From an uncultured Alphaproteobacteria bacterium (GTDB taxonomy: Bacteria > Pseudomonadota > Alphaproteobacteria > Rhizobiales > Hyphomicrobiaceae), in assembly GCA_963775035.1 (NCBI GenBank), contig CAVZHG010000014.1, positions 2,850 to 66,849 of the forward strand: a DNA stretch of 64,000 nt, read 5' to 3'. This document shows, in pieces, positions 1-10,718 of the stretch. The notes below the pieces were generated by a model. That model did not search any database, was not told where the DNA came from, and saw only the letters and a list, made by a program, of their open reading frames with translations. Positions within the stretch are counted from its first letter, which is position 1. Each line of letters begins with the position of its first letter. Position numbers and translations under genes: made by a program.

Positions 1-575
1 GCTGCGTCTCCTACATCGACGTGCTCACGGGCACGGTGACCGTCGGGCGCCGCGTCGCGATCATCGGCGCCGGCGGCATCGGCTTCGACGTCGCCGAGTT
101 CCTGTCAGGACCGAGCCAGGCGGAGTCCGCGGAAATCGGCCATTTCCTCGATGAATGGGGCGTCGATGCGGGCATCGCGGTGCCCGGCGCCCTGGAGACG
201 CCGGCCGAGCCCGAGATCAAGCGCCAGATCGTCATGCTCCAGCGCAAGGCCGGCCGCATGGGCCGCACGCTCGGCCTTTCGACCGGCTGGGTGCTGCGCA
301 TCGCGCTCGCCAAACGCAAGGTCGCGCAGATGGCCGGCGTCACCTATCGGCGCATCGACGCCGACGGCCTCCACATCACCGTCGGCGAGGACGATCGCGT
401 GCTGCCCGTCGACACGATCGTCATCTGCGCGGGCCAGGAGAGCGAACGCACCCTCGCCGACAGCCTCATCGCCGCCGGCACCACGCCGCACCTCATTGGC
501 GGCGCCGACGTCGCGTCCGAACTCGACGCCATGCGCGCCATCGACCAGGGCGTGCGCCTCGCCTACGCGTTCTGA
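1..575 (+). CDS. fadH: NADPH-dependent 2,4-dienoyl-CoA reductase, C-terminal part (5' end outside window)
   Basis: VAIIGAGGIGFDVAEFL, LQRKAGRMGRTLGLSTGW and ELDAMRAIDQG match the FadH C-terminus. Confidence 0.85.
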   Translation, partial: CVSYIDVLTGTVTVGRRVAIIGAGGIGFDVAEFLSGPSQAESAEIGHFLDEWGVDAGIAVPGALETPAEPEIKRQIVMLQRKAGRMGRTLGLSTGWVLRIALAKRKVAQMAGVTYRRIDADGLHITVGEDDRVLPVDTIVICAGQESERTLADSLIAAGTTPHLIGGADVASELDAMRAIDQGVRLAYAF

Positions 576-590
576 TCCGAGGCGACCACC

Positions 591-1334
591 GTGCCCGAGA
601 CCTACGATTTCCGCAGCCCGCGCCTCTACGTCGACGCCGACCTCGATCCGGGCGGCGCCATCCCGCTCGCGCGCGAACAGGCGAACTACCTCATCAACGT
701 CATGCGGCGTGGTGCTGGCGATCTCGTCCTCGTGTTCAACGGCCGCGACGGCGAGTGGCGCGCGCGCATCGAAATCGCCGGCAAGCGTCAGGCGTCACTC
801 GTCCTCGAAAACCAGGCGCGCGCGCAATCCGGCGGGCCCGACCTGCACTACCTGTTCGCGCCGCTGAAGCGCAGCCGCCTCGACTACATGGTGCAGAAGG
901 CAACCGAGCTTGGCGTCGCGCGCCTGCAGCCGGTCCTGACGCGCCATACCATCGCCGAGCGCGTCAACGGTGAACGGATGCGCGCCAACGTCATCGAAGC
1001 CGCCGAACAATGCGGCATCCTGCGCATTCCCGCGATCGCCGCACCCGAGCGCCTCGATCGCGTGCTCGCCTCATGGGACCCCGCCCGCCGGCTCGTCTTC
1101 TGCGACGAGGGCGCACCGATCGGCGATCCTGTCACGGCGCTGCGCAAGGTCGCGCCGGGGCCACTCGCCGTGCTCATCGGCCCGGAAGGCGGCTTTGCAC
1201 CCGAGGAACGCGACACGCTGATCGCGCTGCCGTTCGTCGTGCGCCTCGCCATGGGCCCGCGCATCATGCGCGCCGATACCGCCGCCGTCGCCGCGCTGAC
1301 GCTCGTGAATGCGGTGCTGGGCGATTGGAAGTAG
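591..1334 (+). CDS. rsmE: 16S rRNA (uracil(1498)-N3)-methyltransferase
   Basis: QKATELGV, EAAEQC, LIGPEGGF and GPRIMRADTA SPOUT motifs. Confidence 0.95.
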   Translation: MPETYDFRSPRLYVDADLDPGGAIPLAREQANYLINVMRRGAGDLVLVFNGRDGEWRARIEIAGKRQASLVLENQARAQSGGPDLHYLFAPLKRSRLDYMVQKATELGVARLQPVLTRHTIAERVNGERMRANVIEAAEQCGILRIPAIAAPERLDRVLASWDPARRLVFCDEGAPIGDPVTALRKVAPGPLAVLIGPEGGFAPEERDTLIALPFVVRLAMGPRIMRADTAAVAALTLVNAVLGDWK

Positions 1335-1576
1335 CTATTTTCCGCGGACGCGTACGCCTTCGGCTACACGCGCCGCGGCCGCTGCCTCGCGGTCGCTGTT
1401 TCATCGCGCGATCTTCGATCGCCACCGAAATTGAGCGCTCGAAGAGCGCCTTGTCGAATGCTACCGGGTAAGTGGCCGCGCCGGCGGCAGTAGGCGAAGC
1501 CGTTGCCGACCGGCGCCACTGAAACATTGTCCCCCACGGCGGGAAACATGCCGAAGCTGTCGGCACCGCAAAAAAC

Positions 1577-2454
1577 CTACTTCTTCGGCGGGACTCTTCC
1601 ATCCCGCGTATAGGGGTACATGTGCGTGATGTCGGCGCCGGGCCACTCTTTCTCGAACTTGGTCCAAACATCCAATACCGCCGTCGCGACCTGGTCGGGA
1701 ATTTCGCTCTTCGCGCGCATTCTCGAGATAGAGGCGGACGTCCTTCGCCTGCAGCGCCGCGGTGAAGCCCGCGTCGTAGGCCTCGTTGATGATCCGGCGC
1801 GGGAACTTGTCGTCAGTCGCCGTATTGCGTCCCGGTCGAGACGTTGACCACCTCGAGGATCTTGGCCATCGGGATGCCCTGCTTGACGCCAAAGGCGATA
1901 GCCTCGCAGCTCGCGGATTGCGCCGCCGCCGAAAGATAGTTGTTGAGCAGCTTGACGGCCTGTCCCTGCCCGGGCCTCGGGCCGATGTGGAACGGCTTGC
2001 CCATATGCGCCATCAGCGGCTTGAAGCGCTCGTAGGCCTCGGGCGCGCAGGCCATCATGACCGAGAGCGTCGCCTTGTCGGCGCCGGCGATACCACCCGA
2101 CACTGGCGCATCGATGAACGTGACGCCGGCTGCGCTGAGGATGCGCAGCCAGCTTCCTCGGCGGCGTCGATGCCGATGGTCGACGTGTCGATGACGACCT
2201 TGGCCTTGCGGCCCGGCGCCGCCGCGATCTCGCTGCGCGACGAGCATGCTGATCTTGCCGTCGGGCAGCGAGAGGATGATCGTCTCCGCGCTGGCCGCGA
2301 CTTCGGCATTCGACTTGGCGATCTTGCTGCCCGCTGGCGCGCGCTCGGTGCTCCCCGCGTCCGCCACGACGAGGGCATATCCCGCCTTCGCCAGGTGGCC
2401 CGCCATGCGGTGCCCGATGCTGCCGACGCCAATCCAGCCAATCGTCTCGCCCAT
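1577..2454 (-). CDS. NAD(P)-dependent oxidoreductase, 3-hydroxyisobutyrate dehydrogenase family (frameshifted)
   Basis: IGWIGVGSIG Rossmann motif, FIDAPVSGG, GQAVKLLNN; split over several frames. Confidence 0.8.
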
Positions 2455-2639
2455 AACGCGTCCTCCAGGTTCCAGTTTTCTAGTGCGGCATAGCGAATTG
2501 CCGCCCGCTCGGCAACGGCGCCGACGGCATGGCGGCGTGGCGCCGATGGTTGGCCAGTCGCGTTAGCCACTATTGGCCGCCCTAGCCCTGCCGGCGCGGC
2601 GGCGATAGATTGGGGCGCAGGGAATGAGGAGAGCGTTTT

Positions 2640-3449
2640 ATGGCTTACACGGTAGCGATCGCCGGTCTCGGCGCGATCGGGTTGCGGGTGGCGCGGGCGG
2701 TCGATGCGGGCGAGGTGCCGGGCATGTCGCTTGCCGCGGTCAGCGCCCGCGATCTCGCCGGTGCGCGAACCCGGGTCGCTGGGTTCAAGACGCCACCGAA
2801 GGCCGTACCGCTGGCCGAACTCGCCGCACACGCCGACATCATCGTCGAATGCGTGCCGGCGGCGGCATTCCGCGAGGTCGCGGAGCCGGCGATCGCGGCG
2901 GGGAAGTGGCTGCTGCCGCTCTCGGTCGCGGGATTGCTCAACCACATGGATCTCGTCGACAAGGCGCGCGCGTCAGGCGGCCGCATCGTCGTGCCGACCG
3001 GAGCGCTGCTCGGCCTCGACACCGTCCGCGCCATGGCCGTCGGTAAGATCCATGAGGTCCGCCTCGAAACGCGCAAACCGCCCGCCGGCCTCGCCGGTGC
3101 CCCGCATCTGATCGAGAACAACATCAACATTGAAGGCCTGACGGCACCGCTGTGCGTCTTCCGCGGCACCGCGCGACAGGCGGCGAAAGCCTTCCCGGCC
3201 AACGTCAATGTTGCAGCGGCCCTCGGGCTTGCCGGCCTCGGACCGGATCAGACGCAGGTCGAAGTGTGGGCCGACCCCGGCGTCGATCGCAATCATCAGT
3301 CGGTGACGATCCGCTCCGATTCCGGCGAAGCGAAAATGTCGATCGCCAACATCCCGTCGCCCGACAACCCGCGCACGGGGCGCATCGTTGCCAACAGCGT
3401 CATCGCGACGCTCCAGCGTTTTACGGCACCACTGACCGTCGGTAGCTGA
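2640..3449 (+). CDS. nadX: L-aspartate dehydrogenase family protein
   Basis: IAGLGAIG, PTGALLGLD, RKPP and FPANVNVAAAL motifs; physiological role not certain. Confidence 0.8.
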   Translation: MAYTVAIAGLGAIGLRVARAVDAGEVPGMSLAAVSARDLAGARTRVAGFKTPPKAVPLAELAAHADIIVECVPAAAFREVAEPAIAAGKWLLPLSVAGLLNHMDLVDKARASGGRIVVPTGALLGLDTVRAMAVGKIHEVRLETRKPPAGLAGAPHLIENNINIEGLTAPLCVFRGTARQAAKAFPANVNVAAALGLAGLGPDQTQVEVWADPGVDRNHQSVTIRSDSGEAKMSIANIPSPDNPRTGRIVANSVIATLQRFTAPLTVGS

Positions 3450-3455
3450 TCGGGA

Positions 3456-4283
3456 TCAACCCGTCCGCGCCGGCAGCGCGTCGCGGATCAGGAGGCCGAC
3501 GACGACCAGCTCCGGGCTCGTCTTGCGGTAGGTTTGGCCGACTTCGAGGAAATCGGCGCGATCGGCTTCGGACGGGCGCGGACGCGAGGTCGGCACCGGC
3601 GGCAGCGCGGCGAGGATTGCCGGCACCGCGGCATCGACGCGCGCCCTGAGTTCATCGAAAGCCGCCGTGCCCGCAGCACTCGCGATGCGCGGGCGCAGCA
3701 CCGTTGCGAGATGCGCGACCAGACCCGGCCAGTGGCCAAGCATCCGATAGAGGCCCGGCACGAACGGCTTGCCGCCCATTTGCGAGGCAAACAGCATCAC
3801 CGCGTCGCGTGCCGTAAGGTCAAGCTTGGCGAGATCGACCATCGCCGGCGGCGGTGGTAGCAGCGCAGGCGGCTCCCACAATTGGCATATCGTCTTGCCG
3901 CCGGGCGCTTGGCCGTCGAGCAATGCCTTCACCAGTCCGGCGAACACCATGTTGACCGGCGCCACCCGAATGAAGCCCTCGGCCGCGTCGCGCACGGTTG
4001 CGAGTGCAGCGTCATCGAGACTCCACGCGCGCAACGCCGTTGCCGGAATGGGATCGAGCGGCGGCAGCGAGAGACCCGCCGCCGCCTGCCATCCAGCCTC
4101 TTGGATGCTGCCATCGCGGTACGCGCGTCCGACCGCCGCCCACGCCCATTCGAGAAAGCCCGGCCTGGCCGCGAGATAGCGATGGATCGCGGACACGTAC
4201 GGCACGCCGCACAGCACCCGCAACTCGGCGAAAATCTCGGCGATCTCGCCGGTCGCCTGGTCCTCGCTGATCTCGCCAGCCAT
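3456..4283 (-). CDS. DehI-like halocarboxylic acid dehalogenase family protein
   Basis: N-terminus EDQATGEIAEIFAELRVLCGVPYV...FLEWAW and an internal repeat (VPGLYRMLGHWP) resemble the DehI family. Confidence 0.5.
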   Translation of the reverse strand: MAGEISEDQATGEIAEIFAELRVLCGVPYVSAIHRYLAARPGFLEWAWAAVGRAYRDGSIQEAGWQAAAGLSLPPLDPIPATALRAWSLDDAALATVRDAAEGFIRVAPVNMVFAGLVKALLDGQAPGGKTICQLWEPPALLPPPPAMVDLAKLDLTARDAVMLFASQMGGKPFVPGLYRMLGHWPGLVAHLATVLRPRIASAAGTAAFDELRARVDAAVPAILAALPPVPTSRPRPSEADRADFLEVGQTYRKTSPELVVVGLLIRDALPARTG

Positions 4284-4295
4284 CGCCGCCTCCGT

Positions 4296-4974
4296 TTACG
4301 CCTTGATGTGGCGGAACATGTTGCGGCGTGCTTCGTCGTCGTTCTCGGTCTTGAAACTGAAGCGGTCCTTGAGCTTGACGGCGCGCTGCGCGGCGGGCCG
4401 CGCCTCGATCTCGTCGATGAGGCGCTTCAGGTGCGGCAGCTTCGCCCAGGCTTCCTTGCCGAGCACCATCGGAATGAGCCGCGCCCAGCCCCACACGTCC
4501 ATATCGACGATCGTATAGGTGCCGCCGACCATGTAGGGCTGCTTGGCGAGACGGTCGTTGATGATGCCGAAGTGGCGCTCCGCCTCGAAGACGTAGCGCG
4601 TGATCGCGTACTGGATCTTCTCGGGCGCGTAGTGCTGGAAATGCACGGCCTGGCCGCCATAGGGGCCGACGCCGGACGCAACGAACATCAGCCACGAGAG
4701 CAGCTCGCCGCGATTGGCCGGCGTGTTGGGGGGAAGGAACTTGCCGGTCTTGTCGGCGAGATAGAGCAGGATCGCGTTCGAAGTCGAAGACCTTGGCGTC
4801 GCCGTCGACGATCGCCGGCACTTTCGAGTTGGGGTTGATTGCGACGAACTCAGGCGCGAACTGAGCGCCCTTGCGCGTATCGACGGGGATCGGCTCGTAC
4901 TCGAGACCGGCCTCTTCGAGGAACAGCGCCACTTTCGTCGGGTTCGGCGCGCCGGAGAAGTAGAACTTCAGCAT
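4296..4974 (-). CDS. Glutathione S-transferase, YfcG/Nu-like (frameshifted near 4780)
   Basis: MLKFYFSGAPNPTKVALFLEE...INPNSKVPAIVD...; C-terminal YTIVDMDVWGW. Confidence 0.85.
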
Positions 4975-5096
4975 CTCATAACTCCTGGTGGGTGAGGCAT
5001 TGCCTTCCCCGCGGTATCGCGCTGAACAAGCCCGCGCGAAGAACAGCCGGAGACCGGATGGCGTCGCGCTAGCAGTTGGGAAGGTCCGCCAGGATG

Positions 5097-6404
5097 CTAG
5101 GACTTTCGCCCGACGCCGACAATGGTGAAACCGTGCCGGCTGACTTCGTCGGGGCGATAGACGTTGCGCAAATCGACGAACATGGGGCTCGCCACGACGC
5201 TCCGCAGGCGCGCGAAGTCGAGCGCCTTGAATTCGTCCCATTCCGTGATCAGCGCGGTCGCGGAAGCCCCCTCCGCCGCCTCGTAGGCGCTCGGGCAGAA
5301 GACGATGTCGGGCATCAGGAGCTTCGCGTGCTCCATCCCTTCGGGATCGTAGGCGCGGATGTTTGCGCCGGCATCGCGCAGCGCCTGAACGATCGAGAGC
5401 GACGGTGCTTCGCGCATGTCATCGGTGTTCGGCTTGAAGGTCAGCCCGAGCACCGCGATCGTCTTGCCACGCACGTCGCCGCCGGCCGCCTGCATGATCT
5501 TGCGCGCCATCTGGCGCTTGCGGTTGTCGTTGATGGCGACGAGCGTCTCGATCAGGCGAAGCGGGGAATCGTAGTCTTGCGCCGTCTTGGCAAGCGCAAG
5601 CGTATCCTTGGGGAAACACGAGCCGCCATAGCCGGGGCCGGCCTGGAGGAACTTCTTACCGATGCGATCATCGGAGCCGATGCCCCTGGCGACATCCTGG
5701 ACGTCGGCGCCGACGCGCTCGCAGAGATCCGCGATCTCGTTGATGAAGGTGATCTTCATCGCGAGAAAAGCGTTGTTGGCGTACTTGGTCAGCTCGGCCG
5801 TCCGCCGCGACATCGTCATCAGCGGCGCGCCCTTGTCGGTGAGCGGCTTGTAGATTGCGGCCATGACCGCCTCGGCGCGAGCGTCGTTGGCGCCGACGAC
5901 GACGCGATCGGGATGCATGAAGTCGGGGATCGCGGCACCCTCGCGCAGGAACTCTGGGTTGGAGGCGACGGCCACATCGGCGGCGGTGTTGGTCTCGCGG
6001 ATGATCCGCTCGACGTCGTCGCCGGTACCGACGGGCACCGTCGACTTGGTCACGACCACGGTGAAGCCGGAGAGCGCGCGGGCGATGTCCCGCGCCGCGT
6101 CATGCACGTAGGTAAGATCGGCGTGGCCGTCGTTCGGTCGCGACGGCGTGCCGACCGCGATGAAGATGGCGTCGGCGCCGGCGGCCGCGCCGTTCAGCGC
6201 GGTGGAGAAGGAGAGCCGCCCGGCCGCGACGTTTCTGGCGACGAGGTCGTCGAGACCCGGCTCGTAGATCGGGATCTCGCCCGCCCGCAGCGCCGCGATC
6301 TTCGCCGCATCCTTGTCGACGCAGGTCACGGTATGTCCGACCTCGGCGAAGCAGGCCCCCGACACCAACCCGACGTAACCGGAACCGACCATCACGATAT
6401 TCAT
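5097..6404 (-). CDS. ugd: UDP-glucose 6-dehydrogenase
   Basis: GSGYVGL, IAVGTP, SNPEFLREG, GYGGSCFPKD, GLTFKPNTDDMRE. Confidence 0.95.
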   Translation of the reverse strand: MNIVMVGSGYVGLVSGACFAEVGHTVTCVDKDAAKIAALRAGEIPIYEPGLDDLVARNVAAGRLSFSTALNGAAAGADAIFIAVGTPSRPNDGHADLTYVHDAARDIARALSGFTVVVTKSTVPVGTGDDVERIIRETNTAADVAVASNPEFLREGAAIPDFMHPDRVVVGANDARAEAVMAAIYKPLTDKGAPLMTMSRRTAELTKYANNAFLAMKITFINEIADLCERVGADVQDVARGIGSDDRIGKKFLQAGPGYGGSCFPKDTLALAKTAQDYDSPLRLIETLVAINDNRKRQMARKIMQAAGGDVRGKTIAVLGLTFKPNTDDMREAPSLSIVQALRDAGANIRAYDPEGMEHAKLLMPDIVFCPSAYEAAEGASATALITEWDEFKALDFARLRSVVASPMFVDLRNVYRPDEVSRHGFTIVGVGRKS

Positions 6405-7036
6405 CGATCAAACCCTCGCTGGCGCCGTGCGCCAAACAGCAGAAAACGTGCCACGGCCGGCTCGTCCCAAAGGAAAGCGGCTCCGCTCCGTTTTGAGACG
6501 TCTATCGGGCGATCAGATCGCACTCCAGCGCAAATTTGACGCGCCGCAACCGGCCCCTCCCGAAGCCGGCAGCAACATTCATGCCAGGACCGCAGACCTT
6601 CCGTACCCGCGATCTCCGGCAGTCGGCGTGGCGGAGCGAGCCGTGTCGCCCATCGTGTAGCGATGCTCTGCATCGACGAGAGCCTGTGCTGGAAGTGCTT
6701 GATAGTGTTCCTCGAAGCCGGCAACCCACTCGTCCAGCGGGCACGGTTGTGCCTGCGAATCAGGAGCGAACGATGAGCAGACGACCGAGGCGGAACCACT
6801 CACCGGCCTTCAAGGCGAAGGTGGCGATCGCGGCGATCAAGGGCGAGCGGACGATCGCTGCAGATTGCAGAGCAGTTCGACGTCCACCCGAACCAGATCA
6901 CGACCTGGAAGGCGCAGCTCGAAGGCGGCGCCGCCGATGTGTTCGATGGCGGCAGCGGCTCGGCGCCTGCCGCGCCCGCCGTCGACGTGAAGCAGCTGCA
7001 CGCGAAGATCGGCGAGCTGACGCTGGAGAACGATTC

Positions 7037-8420
7037 CTAAGAAACGGCACCGCCGGCGTTGTCGGCTCAATCGGCTGAAGAACAAAGCCGAATGTCTTGG
7101 CGCGCCGATGCAGATTGTTCGACCACCCGCGTGCGGTATCGTGTCTCGTAGAACGATGCGCCCGGGTCGACATATTCCATGCCGTGACGCACGGCGTTGT
7201 AGAACAGAACTGCGATCTTGCGCGCCGTGGCGGTGACCGCCTTGGCCTTGCCGATGCGCGCCGAGAGCCGCCTGTAGAAGGCGCCGAGCGCGGTGTCGGT
7301 CCGCCCAACGGTGACGGCAGCAAGCCGCAGGAGCGCCGCCGCACGGCTCCCGGACCGGCTTCGTTCGTGACGAGAGCACTCTTGCCGCCGGAGATCTTGT
7401 TGTTCGGCGCCAGACCCAGCCAGGAGGTGAAGTGCTTGGCACTCGGCCATGCGGAGAGATCGTCGCCGCATTCAGCGATCAGCTTCAGCGAGAGGTAAGG
7501 GCCGAAGCCGTCGATCTTGGTGATGTCCTTTCCGAGCAGCGCGAACAGCGCCGACGCGGGCATCGAAGGCCAGTCCGTTGACTTGATCGGTTCGCCGACG
7601 AGACGGCGGCAATGCATCTGACCAGTGACCGCGACCGATGCTGAGTTCCTTCATGACGGCTTCGATCCGGACGTCGCAGGCCGAGACCTTCTCATGGTAC
7701 GCATCGTAGAGGGCAAGTGCCTGTTCGAGCGCAAACAGGTGCTCGGCGCGGTAGTTACCGGTGAGCGCCTTCTCGATCGTCTCGGCACTGGAGTGGCACC
7801 GGTAATCGCGCAAGCCCGCCAGCACCTTGGGGTCATGCTCGCCGGAGAGGATTGCGCGGATGATCCGCAATCCAGTTGCGCCGGTGATGTCGGCGACGAC
7901 ATGATGGAGCTGAAGATTCATCTCGGTCAGCGCCTTCTGCATGTGCTGAATATGCGAGGCCGCATACTCGAGCAGACGCTCGCGCTGGCGTACGTAGGCA
8001 CGCAACTCGTGAACTGGCCTTTGGGCCGAAAGCTGGCGCGCAGCAGGCCGTAGGAATGAAGCCGCTGCAGCCACTGCGCATCGCTGACGTCGGTCTTGCG
8101 TCCGGGCACGTGCTTGGCATCGCGCGCATTGACGAGGAACACGGTGAAGCCACGGGCATCGAGAAGCTCGATAGATCGGAATCCAGTAGACGCTGGTCGA
8201 TTCCATCGCGACGGTCTCGACGCCGCATTCTGCAAACCAATCCACCAGCCGATGCAGATCGGTCGTGAAGGTTCCGAAGCTGCGCACCGGCTCTGGCGTG
8301 CGATCCGCCCTCACGGCAGCCATCAACAAGGTCGCCCCGACATCGATGGCGGCCGCGTTGGGGTGCACCATCGGCATGGTGCGGTCGACTCTTGGATTTT
8401 GCTCTTTTCCGGGGCATCAT
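7037..8420 (-). CDS. IS110-family DEDD recombinase/transposase (frameshifted)
   Basis: AAAIDVG, VAMESTSVYWIP, GRKTDVSDAQW, SWLGLAP...ISGGK, KAVTATARKIA; AGGAGG RBS upstream; stop codon at the element end. Confidence 0.9.
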
Positions 8421-8464
8421 CAATCCTCCTGCTGACAAGGCGGAAGGGCTGGGCTGCGCCAATG

Positions 8465-8646
8465 ATCAGATTCCTAAACGGGATCGCCGGATGGCGTCAC
8501 CACTCTCAAGTGCGCAACAGCCCATGGACCAGGTTTTTTAACGGGGTTACATGCCACCAAAATCGTATACGGCCGCTCCCTTCCGGGCGCAGTCGTAGCA
8601 GTGACCCGTTTCTATCCCCACAGGGGGCGACGCAGCGCCAGGATAG
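8465..8646 (-). ncRNA. Putative IS110 bridge/seek RNA (target-binding loop followed by donor-binding loop)
   Basis: Two similar loop units on the minus strand: ACGATT-TTGGTG..CCCGT-TAAAAAA-CCTG and GAGAGT-GGTG..CCCGT-TTAGGAA-TCTG; their variable parts match the target and the donor junction. Confidence 0.7.
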
Positions 8647-8694
8647 TTTTTTAGAGGGCGCGCTCACCAAGGCGGGATTGCTGAGCGCAAAGCG

Positions 8695-9529
8695 ATGATC
8701 GACCGTGGTCATGCGTTGAGCGTCACCAAGCAGGCCGAGGCGTCGGCATCGCGCGCAGCACGGTGTACTACCTGCCGCGTCCGGTTCGGCGGCCGATCTC
8801 GCGCTGATGCGCCGGATCGACCGAGCTGCATCTGGAGTTGCCCTTCGCGGGCGCGCGGATGTTGCGCCGGCTGCTGGCTGCCAAGGGGAGCAAGGTCGGA
8901 CGGCGGCATGTGAAGACGCTGATGCAGCGGATGGGGATCGAGGCGCTCTATCGCCGGCCGCGCACGACGAAGCCGGAGCCCGGGCACAAGATCTACCCGT
9001 ATCTGCTGCGCGGCCTGGAGATCACGCGGCCCAACCAGGTGTGGGCGATGGACATCACGTACATCCCGATGGCGCAGGGCTTCGTCTATCTCGCCGTCGT
9101 GCTCGACTGGTTCAGCCGGCGCGTGCTGTCGTGGCGGCTGTCGATCACGATGGAGGCGGCGTTCTGCGTCGAGACGCTGGAGGAGGCGCTGGCCCGCCAC
9201 GGCAAGCCGGAGATCTTCAACACGGATCAGGGCTCGCAGTTCACGTGCCCGGCCTTCACCGGCGTGCTGGCCAAGCACGACATCGCGATCAGCATGGACG
9301 GCAAGGGCGCTTGGCGGGACAACGTGTTCGTCGAGCGGCTGTGGCGCAGCGTGAAATACGAGGAGGTCTACCTGCGCGCCTACGACAGCGTGAGCGACGG
9401 CACGCGACTCGATCGGCCGCTACCTCGATCTCTACAATCGCCGTCGCCCGCATTCGAGCCTTGACGGCACGACGCCCGATCAGGCCTACTTCGGCCACCA
9501 GGCTGCCGCCGATCCGCTTGGCGGCCTAA
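8695..9529 (+). CDS. IS3 OrfB DDE transposase (frameshifted)
   Basis: [39 protein letters not shown]. Confidence 0.9.
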
Positions 9530-9590
9530 CCCCGGCAGACGATCCACTTATCCAAGCGGAAAACCTGTCCGAACAAGCGGGGCCACCTCG

Positions 9591-10718
9591 CAGGGCCGCG
9601 GCGGGCCTCGCCGAGCCATTTATGCCACAAGCGACGAGGTGTCCTTTGCGCTGGCGGATCGCCGCGATGAGTTGAGCGCGGAGTTCGATCTCTATCAGCC
9701 TGATCTCGACACCATGATGCGCATGCTCGACAAAGGGTTGCTTACCGAGGACGCGCACGCCGTTGGCATAGATACGCCGGAGGTGTGGTTTCCACGCTCG
9801 GGGAACGAGGCTGAAAGGATCCTCCGTGACGTCGGCGGGGCAATAATTGTCAAGCCCCGCTCCCAGCTCGCCATTCGCACCGGCAACAAGGGTGCACTGA
9901 TCGAAGCAGGCGCCACGAATGGCCGCGCTGTGTATGATAATCTGCTGCAGCAAGGCGCGCACAACAGTAATTTCGCCAAGCGATTTCCTGAAGCAACAAT
10001 GCCGATGCTGCAGCGTTATCACCCTGAAGCAATGGAGAAGATTTATTCACTTTCCGGCTTCCGCGATATTTCGGGCAAGCAGGTCGTGATGTGCGCCGCT
10101 CAAAAGATTTTGCAGCAACCGCGTCGGTTTGGGATCGGCCTTTGCTTCGAGGAAGCCGATGTGATCCCCGATCTTGCCAAGCGCGTCTTATTGTTGTGTG
10201 AGCGGATTGGGTACTATGGCGCCTTCGAGCTGGAGTTCATTTTCTCCCAGGGGCGCGCGATGCTGATCGACTTCAATGGGCGCTTCTACAATCAGCTCGC
10301 TTTCGACATCGCGCGAGGTTTTGATCTTCCCCGGCTCGTCTATGCTGGCGCGACGGGGAAGGCAGATGAGCTGGCGGATTTGATTTCTGCGATTCCGTCA
10401 CGTGACAAGGGCGGGGGAATGGTGTTCTGCAACACTTTTGGCCTTTCGCTTAATTTGGCTGCGCAGAGAGTTTTTGGAAGCATGTCGGCTGACGAGGTAA
10501 GCCGCTGGCGCGAGTGGCGCAGTGCTGGTAGCCGCTCTCTCGTCGATCCGGTTCGCGATGTCGACGACCCGCGCCCCGCCAACATTGACATTGCTCAGCA
10601 ATTGTATCGGATCGCACGTCACCCGCGTAGCTTCCTCAGAGCGGCCATGTCCATGAATGCCAGACGTCTTTCGACTGCGGCCGTGACACCGTGGTGGATT
10701 TTTGCTGATTTGCTGTGA
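9591..10718 (+). pseudogene. ATP-grasp-like protein, apparently N-terminally truncated at the IS3 end
   Basis: Frame starts abruptly at the IS end (…AIYATSDEVSFAL); IIVKPR, MLQRY, FELEF, LIDFNGRFY are ATP-grasp-like. Confidence 0.55.

Larger units (their letters stand above)
7036..8646 (-). mobile_element. IS110-family element (about 1.61 kb) bounded by a TT core at each junction
   Basis: Junctions GAGAACGA-TT-CCTAAG (TT at 7034-7035) and GGATAG-TT-TTTTAGAG (TT at 8647-8648); removing the element restores the IS3 sequence GAGAACGATTTTTTAGAGGG. Confidence 0.9.
6773..8698 (+). pseudogene. IS3 OrfA (HTH), split by IS110 at 7036-8646
   Basis: MSRRPRRNHSPAFKAKVAIAAIKGE...LHAKIGELTLEND, then resumes after the IS110 as [16 protein letters not shown]. 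Confidence 0.85.
6679..9590 (+). mobile_element. IS3-family insertion sequence interrupted by an IS110 element (ends approximate)
   Basis: orfA and orfB present; right end CCACTTATCC...CTGTCCGAACAAGCGGGGCCACCTC resembles ends of this IS3 group; no clear target duplication. Confidence 0.8.
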
